Shown one piece after another: positions 21,926 through 30,816 of a DNA stretch of 64,000 bases. Positions within the stretch are counted from its first letter, which is position 1. Every line of letters begins with the position of its first letter. Below the pieces are notes generated by a model. It was not told the origin of the DNA and did not search any database. It was given only the letters and a program-made list of their open reading frames with translations. A program made the translations under genes and the position numbers. This DNA is from Angustibacter luteus (GTDB taxonomy: Bacteria; Actinomycetota; Actinomycetes; Actinomycetales; Angustibacteraceae), in contig NZ_BAABFP010000002.1 of assembly GCF_039541115.1 (NCBI RefSeq), positions 248,001 to 312,000 of the forward strand, written 5' to 3'.

Positions 21926-21945
21926 GTGGGTGGTCTTCGACCCGG

Positions 21946-23157
21946 TCAGGACTTCGGCACGCGCACGATGAGCGCGTCGCCCTGGCCGCCGCCGCCGCAC
22001 AGGGCCGCCGCACCGACGCCACCACCGCGACGCCCGAGCTCCAGCGCCAGGTGCAGGGCGATGCGCGCGCCGGACATGCCGATCGGGTGGCCGAGCGCGA
22101 TGGCGCCACCGTTGACGTTCACGATGTCGGCGTCGATCCCGAGCTCACGGGTCGAGGCCAGCCCGACCGCCGCGAAGGCCTCGTTGATCTCGACCAGGTC
22201 GAGGTCGGACGGCGCGATGCCCTCCTTCTCGCAGGCCCGCGCGATCGCTCGGGCCGGCTGGCTCTGCAGGGTCGAGTCCGGGCCGGCCACCACGCCGTGC
22301 GCGCCGATCTCGGCGATCCAGCTCAGCCCCAGCTCCTCGGCCTTGGCGCGGCTCATCACGACCACCGCGGCCGCGCCGTCCGAGATCTGCGACGCGGACC
22401 CGGCCGTGATCGTGCCGTCCTTGCTGAACGCAGGGCGCAGCCGGGACAGCGACTCGGTGGTCGTGTCGGCGCGGATGCCCTCGTCGCTGTTGAAGACGAC
22501 CGGGTCGCCCTTGCGCTGCGGGATCTCGACCGGCACCACCTCGTCGTCGAACAGGCCGTTCTTCCAGGCCTGCGCGGCGAGCTGGTGGCTGCGTGCGCTG
22601 AACGCGTCCTGCTCCTCGCGGGTGAACGCGTTGTCGGCCGTGTTCGCGGACTCGGTGAGGTTGCCCATCGCCTGGTCGGTGAATGCGTCCCACAGACCGT
22701 CGTAGGCCATGTGGTCGCGCATCGTCACGTCGCCGTACTTGAAACCGGTGCGCGACTTCTCCAGCAGGTGCGGCGCCTGGCTCATCGACTCCTGCCCACC
22801 GGCGACCACGACCTCGAACTCGCCGGCCCGGATCAGCTGGTCGGCCAGCGCGATGGCGTCGACGCCGGACAGGCACACCTTGTTGATCGTCAGGGCCGGC
22901 ACGTTCATCGAGATGCCGGCCTTCTGCGCGGCCTGCCGGGCCGGGATCTGACCCGCGCCCGCGGTGAGCACCTGGCCCATGATCACGTACTCGACCTGGT
23001 CGGCGGCGACACCCGACTTGTCCAGCGCACCCTTGATGGCGAACCCGCCGAGCTCGGCCCCGCTGAAGCCGGACAGCGAACCCAGCAGGCGGCCCATCGG
23101 GGTGCGAGCCCCACCGACGATGACGGACGTGCGCGGGGACGCGGGCTGTGCGGACAC
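21946..23157 (-). CDS. Acetyl-CoA C-acetyltransferase (thiolase)
   Basis: [37 protein letters not shown]. Confidence 0.95.
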   Translation of the reverse strand: MSAQPASPRTSVIVGGARTPMGRLLGSLSGFSGAELGGFAIKGALDKSGVAADQVEYVIMGQVLTAGAGQIPARQAAQKAGISMNVPALTINKVCLSGVDAIALADQLIRAGEFEVVVAGGQESMSQAPHLLEKSRTGFKYGDVTMRDHMAYDGLWDAFTDQAMGNLTESANTADNAFTREEQDAFSARSHQLAAQAWKNGLFDDEVVPVEIPQRKGDPVVFNSDEGIRADTTTESLSRLRPAFSKDGTITAGSASQISDGAAAVVVMSRAKAEELGLSWIAEIGAHGVVAGPDSTLQSQPARAIARACEKEGIAPSDLDLVEINEAFAAVGLASTRELGIDADIVNVNGGAIALGHPIGMSGARIALHLALELGRRGGGVGAAALCGGGGQGDALIVRVPKS

Positions 23158-23304
23158 GAGGAACCTCCGGGTAGGTGCGGCGCCGACGGCGCTGTCAGGC
23201 CGTCGTCCAGCCTAACCGGGGCAGCGGCCGCCGACACCGTGGCGCTCGCCACACCTGGGCGTCCCCCGCTGCGCCGGAGGTCATCGTCCGCCTAGCCTGC
23301 GGGC

Positions 23305-23745
23305 ATGAGCGCCGCGAGCCTGCCCAGCCAGCTGTTCACCGCGATCGACCACGTCGGGGTGGCCGTCCCGGACCTCGACGAGGCGATCGCGCTCTACCGC
23401 GACTCCTTCGGGATGACCTTGCAGCACGAGGAGGTCAACGAGGAGCAGGGCGTGCGCGAGGCGATGATGGCGGTCGGCGACTCCGGCGCGTGCGTGCAGC
23501 TGCTGGCGCCGCTGTCCCCCGAGTCGACGATCGCGAAGTTCCTCGACCGCGCCGGCCCCGGTCTGCAGCAGGTCGCGTACCGGGTGGTGGACGTCGAGGC
23601 GGTGAGCGCGGTGCTGCGCGAGCGCGGCCTGCGGCTGCTCTACGACGCCGCCAAGCGCGGCACCGCCGGCAGCAAGGTCAACTTCGTGCACCCCAAGGAC
23701 GCCGGGGGCGTGCTGGTCGAGCTGGTGCAGCCCGCCGCCCACTAG
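23305..23745 (+). CDS. mce: Methylmalonyl/ethylmalonyl-CoA epimerase
   Basis: IDHVGVAV, EEQGVREAM, FVHPKDAGGVLVELV; TAGCCT 6 nt upstream. Confidence 0.93.
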   Translation: MSAASLPSQLFTAIDHVGVAVPDLDEAIALYRDSFGMTLQHEEVNEEQGVREAMMAVGDSGACVQLLAPLSPESTIAKFLDRAGPGLQQVAYRVVDVEAVSAVLRERGLRLLYDAAKRGTAGSKVNFVHPKDAGGVLVELVQPAAH

Positions 23746-23802
23746 CCCGGCTCGCTGCGGGGTGGCGTCCCTCACATCGGGAGTCCAGACCTGCCGCTCG
23801 AG

Positions 23803-23820
23803 GTGACTCGTCAGTAACGT
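23803..23820 (+). promoter_or_regulatory. Candidate 16-bp operator overlapping the ccr -10 (TAACGT)
   Basis: GTGACTCGTCAGTAAC; related site at the meaA promoter. Confidence 0.6.
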
Positions 23821-23853
23821 CGGCGCCAGCCCCGCCACTCCCAGGAGGACGAC

Positions 23854-25191
23854 GTGCAGCAGATCCTTGACGCCATCACCGCCGGTGACACGACCGCCGA
23901 GGAGTTCGCCGCCCTGCCGGTACCGGACCACTACCGCGCGGTCACCGTCCACAAGGACGAGGCCACGATGTTCGAGGGCCTGGCCAGCCGCGACAAGGAC
24001 CCGCGCAAGAGCCTGCACGTCGAGGACGTGCCGCTGCCCGAGGTCGGCCCGGGCGAGGCCCTGGTCGCGGTGATGGCCAGCGCCATCAACTACAACACCG
24101 TGTGGACGTCGATCTTCGAGCCGGTGTCGACGTTCGGCTTCCTGGAGCGCTACGGCCGGACGTCGCCGCTGGCCGCCAAGCACGACCAGCCGTACCACGT
24201 GGTCGGCTCGGACCTGGCCGGCGTCGTCCTGCGCACCGGCGCGGGCGTGCACACGTGGAAGCCGGGCACCGAGGTCGTCGCGCACTGCCTGTCCGTCGAG
24301 CTCGAGGCACCGGACGGCCACAACGACACGATGCTCGACCCGGAGCAGCGGATCTGGGGCTTCGAGACGAACTTCGGCGGCCTCGCGCACCTGGCCCTGG
24401 TGAAGGCCAACCAGCTGATGCCCAAGCCCGCGCACCTGACGTGGGAGGAGGCCGCCAGCCCGGGGCTGGTGAACTCCACCGCCTACCGGCAGCTGATCTC
24501 CAAGAACGGCGCCGGCCTCAAGCTCGGCGACACGGTGCTGATCTGGGGGGCCTCCGGTGGCCTCGGCTCCTACGCCACCCAGATGGCGCTCGCCGCCGGC
24601 GCCACCCCGGTCTGCGTGGTGTCCAGCCCGGAGAAGGCCGAGATCTGCCATGCCATGGGCGCCGAGCTGGTCATCGACCGCCGGGCCGAGGACTACACGT
24701 TCTGGAAGGACGAGACCACCCAGGACCCCAAGGAGTGGCGTCGCTTCGGGGCGCGCATCCGCGAGCTCACGGGTGGCCGGGACGTCGACATCGTCTTCGA
24801 GCACCCGGGCCGGGAGACGTTCGGCGCCAGCGTGTTCGCCGCCCGCAAGGGCGGCACGATCGTGACCTGCGCGTCGACGTCCGGCTACATGCACGAGTAC
24901 GACAACCGGTACCTGTGGATGAACCTCAAGCGCATCGTGGGCTCCCACTTCGCGAACTACCGCGAGGCGTGGGAGGCCAACGACCTGATCAACCGCGGCC
25001 TGATCCAACCGACCCTGTCCAAGGTCTACGGGTTGGACGACGTCGGCCAGGCCGCCAACGACGTGCACCTGAACCTGCACCAGGGCAAGGTCGGCGTGCT
25101 GTGCCTGGCCCCCGAGGAGGGCATGGGCGTTCGCGACGCGGCGCGGCGCGAGGCGCTGCTGCCGTTGATCAACCGGTTCCGGGACGTCTGA
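23854..25191 (+). CDS. ccrA: Crotonyl-CoA carboxylase/reductase
   Basis: MASAINYNTVW, IWGFETNFG, IWGASGGLG, VFEHPG, DNRYLWM, GSHFANY. Confidence 0.95.
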   Translation: MQQILDAITAGDTTAEEFAALPVPDHYRAVTVHKDEATMFEGLASRDKDPRKSLHVEDVPLPEVGPGEALVAVMASAINYNTVWTSIFEPVSTFGFLERYGRTSPLAAKHDQPYHVVGSDLAGVVLRTGAGVHTWKPGTEVVAHCLSVELEAPDGHNDTMLDPEQRIWGFETNFGGLAHLALVKANQLMPKPAHLTWEEAASPGLVNSTAYRQLISKNGAGLKLGDTVLIWGASGGLGSYATQMALAAGATPVCVVSSPEKAEICHAMGAELVIDRRAEDYTFWKDETTQDPKEWRRFGARIRELTGGRDVDIVFEHPGRETFGASVFAARKGGTIVTCASTSGYMHEYDNRYLWMNLKRIVGSHFANYREAWEANDLINRGLIQPTLSKVYGLDDVGQAANDVHLNLHQGKVGVLCLAPEEGMGVRDAARREALLPLINRFRDV

Positions 25192-25222
25192 CCCCCTAGG
25201 CTCCTTCGACGGGAGGAGCCCA

Positions 25223-26452
25223 ATGATCCGCAGGAAGAACGCCCAAGGGGACGACCAGCCCGCGGCCGCCGTGAGCGATCGCGAGGTCACGGCCCGCGCG
25301 GACGCCGCCGAGTCGGCGTCCGCGGCCGTGCAGACCGCGAGCGACGCGGTCGGTGAGGCCGCCGTCGTGGCCGCCGGCGGGAAGGGCGCGGACGACGACA
25401 GCTCGTTCGGCCTGCCCGGCGCCCCGCTCAACCGGCACTCGCCGTTCTACCTGGGCTTCTTCGGGGCGATCGGCGCGCTGATCGGCTGGGGGCTCCTCAG
25501 CCTGGTGTCGCAGCTGTCGTCGGTGCTCACGCTACTGGCGATCTCCCTCTTCCTCGCCCTCGGGCTCGACCCGGTGGTGCAGGCCGTCCAGGCCAAGGGG
25601 ATCAAGCGCGGACCGTCCGTGGCACTGGTGTTCGTCACGGTGATCCTGCTGTTCGTCGGGATCATCGCGCTGCTCGTTCCGCCCGTGGTCAAGGAGGCCG
25701 TCGAGCTCGCGAACAACGCGCCCGACCTGGTCGCCAAGCTGCAGCGCAACGACCAGCTGAACAAGCTCGACGACCAGTACCACTTCCTCGACCAGATCCA
25801 GAAGCAGCTGCACGAGAAGGACTTCTGGACCTCGCTGTTCGGCGGCGTGCTCGGTGCCGGCAAGGCCGTGGTGTCCGGCCTGTTCAGCGCGTTCACCGTG
25901 CTCGTGCTGACCCTCTACCTGACGGCGTCGCTGCCGGCCGCGAAGGCCTCGGTCTACCGGATGGTGCCGCGCACCCGCCGCCAGCGGGTCACCTTCCTGT
26001 CGGAGGAGATCAGCAAGCGCGTCGGCGGCTACTTCCTCGGCCAGGTCGGCGTCGCCACCCTGAACGCGGTGTGCAGCTACATCATGATGAAGATCGTCGG
26101 CGTCCCGTACAGCGCGGTGCTCGCGGTGACCGTCGGGCTGTTCGGGCTGATCCCCATGGTCGGCGCGACGATCGGCGCGGTCATCGTGGTGATCGTCGCC
26201 TTCTTCGACTCGACCCGGTCCGCGGTCATCGTCGCGATCTACTACGTCGTCTACCAGCAGGTCGAGAACTACGTCATCGCGCCGCGGATCATGAGCCGCA
26301 CGGTGGCCGTGCCTGGCGCGATCACGGTCGTTGCGGCCCTGGCCGGCGGGACCCTGCTCGGGGTGCTCGGGGCCCTGATGGCGATCCCGGTGGCCGCCGG
26401 GCTGCTGCTGATCTACCGCGAGGTGCTGCTCCCCCGCCAGCAAGCCCACTAG
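25223..26452 (+). CDS. AI-2E family transporter
   Basis: LALGLDP, LIPMVGA, YQQVENYVIAPRIM, GALMAIPVAA. Confidence 0.9.
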   Translation: MIRRKNAQGDDQPAAAVSDREVTARADAAESASAAVQTASDAVGEAAVVAAGGKGADDDSSFGLPGAPLNRHSPFYLGFFGAIGALIGWGLLSLVSQLSSVLTLLAISLFLALGLDPVVQAVQAKGIKRGPSVALVFVTVILLFVGIIALLVPPVVKEAVELANNAPDLVAKLQRNDQLNKLDDQYHFLDQIQKQLHEKDFWTSLFGGVLGAGKAVVSGLFSAFTVLVLTLYLTASLPAAKASVYRMVPRTRRQRVTFLSEEISKRVGGYFLGQVGVATLNAVCSYIMMKIVGVPYSAVLAVTVGLFGLIPMVGATIGAVIVVIVAFFDSTRSAVIVAIYYVVYQQVENYVIAPRIMSRTVAVPGAITVVAALAGGTLLGVLGALMAIPVAAGLLLIYREVLLPRQQAH

Positions 26453-26488
26453 CTCCCCCACAACCCCGCTGATCATGCACGTTCGCCC
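26453..26488 (+). repeat. Family-1 element, single arm with preceding C-rich tract
   Basis: CTCCCCCACAACCCCGC-TGATCATGCACGTTCGCCC directly after the AI-2E stop. Confidence 0.85.
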
Positions 26489-26515
26489 GCCGCGGCCCGG
26501 GGATCCGCCGGCAGG

Positions 26516-27289
26516 TCAGTCGGCGTGCAGGGCCTCGCCGAGCGGGCCGTCCCACGTGGTCGGCAGCGGGGCGCGGTCGGGCGCGACCCGCGCGACGATC
26601 TCGTCCAGCACCCGACGGACGGCCGGCTCCCCCACCCACAGGTGCTTCGCGCCGTCCACCCCGACGACCTCGGCCTGCGGGATGGCCGCGAACCGCTCGC
26701 GGGCCTCATCCGGGCGCAGGTAGTCGTCGAGCTCGGGGACCAGCGCGAGCACCCGTTTGCCGGACGCCGCCCACTGGGCCAGGTCGTCCGGCGCGGAGTA
26801 CCGAAGGGGCGGGCTGAGCAGGATCGCACCGACGATCGACGGGTCGCAGCCGTGCATGAGCGCGAGGTCCGTGCCAAAGCTCCAGCCGACGAGCCACGGC
26901 TGCGGCAGCTCACGGAACTCGGCGAACTCGATGGCTGCCGCGACGTCGTACCGCTCGGCGTCTCCGCTGTCGAAGGCGCCCTGGCTGGTGCCGCGCGGGC
27001 TGCTGACGCCGCGCAGGTTGAAGCGCAGCACGGCGATGTCGGCCAGCGCCGGCAGCCGGTACGAGGCCTTGCGGTAGACGTGCGAGTCCATGAACCCGCC
27101 GTGGGTCGGCAGCGGGTGCAGCGTGACGAGGGTGGCGACGGGGTCGCGCTCGGGCGGCAGGGCCAGCTCACCGACCAGGGTCAGGCCGTCGGCGGTGTGC
27201 AGGACGACGTCCTCGCGACGGGCCGGCAGCACCGTCCCGGAGCGAATCATGTTCTGCCGGAAGGTGTGCGGATCTGGCTGCTCGCTCAT
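26516..27289 (-). CDS. Alpha/beta hydrolase
   Basis: HPLPTHGGFMDS, RFNLRG, GWSFG nucleophile elbow, AKHLW; start at ATG 27289. Confidence 0.88.
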   Translation of the reverse strand: MSEQPDPHTFRQNMIRSGTVLPARREDVVLHTADGLTLVGELALPPERDPVATLVTLHPLPTHGGFMDSHVYRKASYRLPALADIAVLRFNLRGVSSPRGTSQGAFDSGDAERYDVAAAIEFAEFRELPQPWLVGWSFGTDLALMHGCDPSIVGAILLSPPLRYSAPDDLAQWAASGKRVLALVPELDDYLRPDEARERFAAIPQAEVVGVDGAKHLWVGEPAVRRVLDEIVARVAPDRAPLPTTWDGPLGEALHAD

Positions 27290-27327
27290 CGCGGCCCAGC
27301 GTATCGGGGACGGCGTAAGGTCCGAGC

Positions 27328-27708
27328 ATGCGCATCCTGCACGTGGCACTCCCGGCGGACTGGGCCCGCGGACACGACGACGGCAGCTACGACGTCTCGA
27401 CCCGGGGCGTCTCGCTGGTCGACGAGGGCTTCATCCACGCCTCGACCCTGGCCCAGGTCGGCCCGGTGCTCGACCGCTACTTCGCGGACGTCGCCGAGGT
27501 CGACCTGCTCGTCATCGACCTGGACAAGCTCGACCACGAGGGGGCTCAGGTGATCTGGGAGCACGTCGCGGGCTCCGACGCGCCCTTCCCGCACGTCTAC
27601 GGGGTCATCCCGGCGCAGACCGTCGTGGACGTCGTCCGCCTGGAGCACGCCCCCGGCGGCCCGTGGGAGGTCCCGCAGATCGCTGACGTCGCCACCGGCC
27701 CCGCCTGA
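27328..27708 (+). CDS. DUF952 family protein
   Basis: ILHVA, EGFIHAS, FPHVYG. Confidence 0.88.
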   Translation: MRILHVALPADWARGHDDGSYDVSTRGVSLVDEGFIHASTLAQVGPVLDRYFADVAEVDLLVIDLDKLDHEGAQVIWEHVAGSDAPFPHVYGVIPAQTVVDVVRLEHAPGGPWEVPQIADVATGPA

Positions 27709-27709
27709 C

Positions 27710-27783
27710 GTTGATCACGTTCAGTGGGTGAGCACCCGCTTCTCGAGGCGAACGTCCCTCGAGAAGTGGACGTAAACCTGCAG
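27710..27783. repeat. Family-2 palindromic element, copy with truncated right arm
   Basis: GTTGATCACGTTCAGTGGGTGAGCACCCGCTTCTCGAGGCGAACGTCCCTCGAGAAG, nearly identical to 20877 copy; 1 nt after the DUF952 stop. Confidence 0.85.
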
Positions 27784-27804
27784 TAGCTGGCGTCGCTGCT
27801 GCCG

Positions 27805-28107
27805 TCAGCGGCCGGGACGGCGGTGGCTGCGCCGCGACCAGCACGGCGTGTGCCAGTGCCGTCGGTCGCCGAGGGAGTCCGCGTCGCTGCGCGCGCCGTC
27901 CGCGGGCCAGGCGACGACGTGCGGCTGGCCGGCGGGCACCTCCTGGGAGCAGCCGGGGCACCGGTAGGCCTTCGTGGACGACGGCCCCGCCACCGAGCGG
28001 ACGAACCACTCGCCGTCCGGGTGCGACTCGCGCCGCGCCGCGCCGCCCAGCGCCCGCGCGACGTCCAGGTCGGACTCGTCGCGGCGACGGCGGTTGGCGC
28101 GGGGCAC
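27805..28107 (-). CDS. Small conserved actinobacterial protein, possible Zn-binding
   Basis: KAYRCPGC, PHVVAWP, RRHWHTPCW. Confidence 0.8.
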   Translation of the reverse strand: MPRANRRRRDESDLDVARALGGAARRESHPDGEWFVRSVAGPSSTKAYRCPGCSQEVPAGQPHVVAWPADGARSDADSLGDRRHWHTPCWSRRSHRRPGR

Positions 28108-28131
28108 GCCGTGATTCTCTCAGGCGTCGGC

Positions 28132-28159
28132 GGGGCGAACGTGCATGATCACCGCGGGG
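28132..28159 (-). repeat. Family-1 element, single arm
   Basis: GGGGCGAACGTGCATGATCACCGCGGGG abutting the dehydrogenase stop codon. Confidence 0.88.
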
Positions 28160-29938
28160 TCAGGCGTACGTGCGGAAGCCGCGGCCCACCTTGCGGCCGA
28201 GGTAGCCCGCGGTGACGAGCTGCTCGAGCAGCGGCGCCGGCGAGAACCCGCGCTCGCGGAACTCGAGGTACAGCTCGCGCTGGATGGTGTGCGAGACGTC
28301 CAGCCCGACGACGTCCAGCAGCTCGAACGGACCCATCGGGTACCCGCAGCCGGTCTTCATGGCGGTGTCGATGTCGTCCGCGGACGCGTAGTGCGCCTCG
28401 AGCATCTTGACCGCGTCGTTCAGGTACGGGAAGAGCAACGCGTTGACGATGAACCCGGCGCGGTCACCGCAGCTCACGGGGTGCTTGCCGATCTGCCGGC
28501 ACAGCTCCGTCACGGTGGCGACCACGTCGTCCGCGGTGGACACCGTGTGCACGACCTCGACCAGCTTCATGACCGGCGCGGGGTTGAAGAAGTGCATGCC
28601 GACGACGTCGCCCGGACGGGACGTCGCGGCCGCGCACTCCACCACGGGCAGCGACGAGGTGGTGGTGGCCAGGATCGCGCCGGGCTTGCAGATCTCGTCG
28701 AGGTTCTCGAACAGCGCCTGCTTGACGCCGAGGTCCTCCACGACCGCCTCGACGACGAGGTCGACCGCCGCCAGGTCCTCCAGCCGCGAGGTGCCGCGCA
28801 CCCGGGCGAGCGCGGCGTCCCGCTCGGCCTCGTCGAGCTTGCCGCGCTGGACTGCCTTCTCCAGGCTCTTGGTCAGCGCGGTGCGCACCGCGTCGACCTT
28901 GGCGGCGCTGCGCGCGACGTAGACGACGTCCAGGCCGCCCTTGGCGAGCACCTCGACGATGCCGGTCGCCATGGTGCCCGAGCCCACGACCCCGACCAAG
29001 GCGATCGAGCGCACGGCGACGTGCTCGCCCGGCTCGTCCGCGGGGGTCAGGGTGTCCGCGACGACGGCGCTCGAGCCGGCCTCGGCGTACTTGTAGAAGC
29101 CCTGACCGCTCTTGCGGCCCTTCAGGCCCGCGGTGACCATCTGCTTCAGGATCGGGCTCGGGGCGTGCAGCCGGTCGCGGCCCTGCTTGTACATCGTGTC
29201 GAGGATCTCGTAGGCGGTGTCCAGGCCGATCAGGTCCATCAGGGCCAGCGGGCCCATCGGCAGGCCGCAGCCGAGCTGCATGGCGGCGTCGATGTCCTCG
29301 CGGGTGGCGTAGCGCGACTCGAACATCGACACGGCGTGGTTCAGGTAGCCGAACAGCAGCGCGTTCGCGATGAAGCCGGCCTTGTCACCGACCACGACGG
29401 GCATCTTGCCGAGCCGCGCGGCGAGCGCCTTCACGTCGTCCACGACGTCGTCCTCGGTGACCACGGTGCGGATCACCTCGACGAACTTCAGCACCGGGGC
29501 CGGGTTGAAGAAGTGCAGGCCCACGACGCGGCGGGGGTTGTGCGTGGCCACGGAGATCTCGGTGACCGACAGGCTCGAGGTGTTCGTGGCCAGGATGGCG
29601 TCGGCCCGCACGATCGAGTCGAGCTTGCCGAAGATCTCGCGCTTGAGGTTGAGCTGCTCGGGGACGGCCTCGACGACCAGGTCGCAGTCGGCGAGGTCCT
29701 CCAGGCTGGAGGCGAACCGGACGCGGCCGATGAGCTCGGCCTGCTCGGCCTCGCTGAGCTTGCCGCGGGCGACCGCGCGTCCGGTGGAGTGCTCCAGGTG
29801 GCCCTTGCCCCGCTCCAGCCCGGCCGGGTCGGCCTCCACGGCGACGACGTCCAGCCCGTTGCGGGCGAACACCTCCACGATCCCGGCGCCCATCGTGCCC
29901 AGGCCCACCACACCGATCGTGCTCAGCTCACGCGCCAT
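28160..29938 (-). CDS. 3-hydroxyacyl(butyryl)-CoA dehydrogenase, tandem double-domain type
   Basis: Two full repeats: GLGTMG / GSGTMA, TNTSSL / TTTSSL, HFFNPAPV twice, PMGP twice; start MARELS at 29938. Confidence 0.93.
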   Translation of the reverse strand: MARELSTIGVVGLGTMGAGIVEVFARNGLDVVAVEADPAGLERGKGHLEHSTGRAVARGKLSEAEQAELIGRVRFASSLEDLADCDLVVEAVPEQLNLKREIFGKLDSIVRADAILATNTSSLSVTEISVATHNPRRVVGLHFFNPAPVLKFVEVIRTVVTEDDVVDDVKALAARLGKMPVVVGDKAGFIANALLFGYLNHAVSMFESRYATREDIDAAMQLGCGLPMGPLALMDLIGLDTAYEILDTMYKQGRDRLHAPSPILKQMVTAGLKGRKSGQGFYKYAEAGSSAVVADTLTPADEPGEHVAVRSIALVGVVGSGTMATGIVEVLAKGGLDVVYVARSAAKVDAVRTALTKSLEKAVQRGKLDEAERDAALARVRGTSRLEDLAAVDLVVEAVVEDLGVKQALFENLDEICKPGAILATTTSSLPVVECAAATSRPGDVVGMHFFNPAPVMKLVEVVHTVSTADDVVATVTELCRQIGKHPVSCGDRAGFIVNALLFPYLNDAVKMLEAHYASADDIDTAMKTGCGYPMGPFELLDVVGLDVSHTIQRELYLEFRERGFSPAPLLEQLVTAGYLGRKVGRGFRTYA

Positions 29939-30092
29939 CGCGTCCGTTCCTCCGTCTGCTCGGGCGGCTCCACCGTCGAAACCGCCGACAGGCATCCTCC
30001 CAGAGCCGGGGCACCGATCCCCAGTCCCGTGACGAACGCCACGCTGGACGACGCCTCCGCGGGACGCCGGGGGCGCCGGGTACGCTGCGCCG

Positions 30093-30788
30093 GTGCGTCT
30101 GGTCATTGCCCGCTGCTCCGTCGACTACGACGGGCGGCTCACCGCCCACCTCCCCCTCGCCACCCGGCTGCTGCTGGTCAAGGCGGACGGCAGCGTGCTC
30201 GTGCACTCCGACGGCGGCTCGTACAAGCCGCTGAACTGGATGAGCCCGCCGTGCACGCTCGAGGTGGGCGAGCCCGCCGAGGCGGACGTCGTCGCCGGGG
30301 TCACGCAGCTCTGGACCGTCCGGCACGCCAAGACCGAGGACCGCCTGGTGGTCCGGATCCACGAGGTGCTGCACGACTCCGCGCACGAGCTCGGCGTGGA
30401 CCCGGGACTGGTCAAGGACGGCGTCGAGGCGCACCTGCAGCAGCTGCTGGCCGAGCAGATCACCACGCTCGGCGACGGGTACAGCCTGGTGCGCCGCGAG
30501 TACATGACGGCCATCGGCCCCGTCGACATCCTCTGCCGGGACGGCGCGGGCGCCAGCATCGCGGTGGAGATCAAGCGACGCGGCGAGATCGACGGCGTCG
30601 AGCAGCTCACCCGCTACCTCGAGCTGATGAACCGGGACCCGCACCTGGCCCCGGTCACCGGGATCTTCGCGGCGCAGGAGATCAAGCCGCAGGCCCGCAC
30701 GCTGGCCCAGGACCGCGGCATCCGCTGCGTGACGCTCGACTACGCCGCGCTGCGCGGGCACGACGACGTGGAGTCCCGGCTCTTCTGA
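30093..30788 (+). CDS. nucS: Mismatch-specific endonuclease NucS/EndoMS
   Basis: [48 protein letters not shown]. Confidence 0.97.
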   Translation: MRLVIARCSVDYDGRLTAHLPLATRLLLVKADGSVLVHSDGGSYKPLNWMSPPCTLEVGEPAEADVVAGVTQLWTVRHAKTEDRLVVRIHEVLHDSAHELGVDPGLVKDGVEAHLQQLLAEQITTLGDGYSLVRREYMTAIGPVDILCRDGAGASIAVEIKRRGEIDGVEQLTRYLELMNRDPHLAPVTGIFAAQEIKPQARTLAQDRGIRCVTLDYAALRGHDDVESRLF

Positions 30789-30816
30789 GAGCCGTTGCCG
30801 CGCAGTCGATCGCGAC

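Noticed and set aside
23854..25191. ccr as marker of a polyketide cluster
   Set aside because: No PKS/NRPS genes in the window; context with mce, meaA and meaB indicates primary metabolism.
30093..30788. NucS as part of a defence system
   Set aside because: Full-length housekeeping mismatch-repair NucS in its usual actinobacterial neighbourhood.
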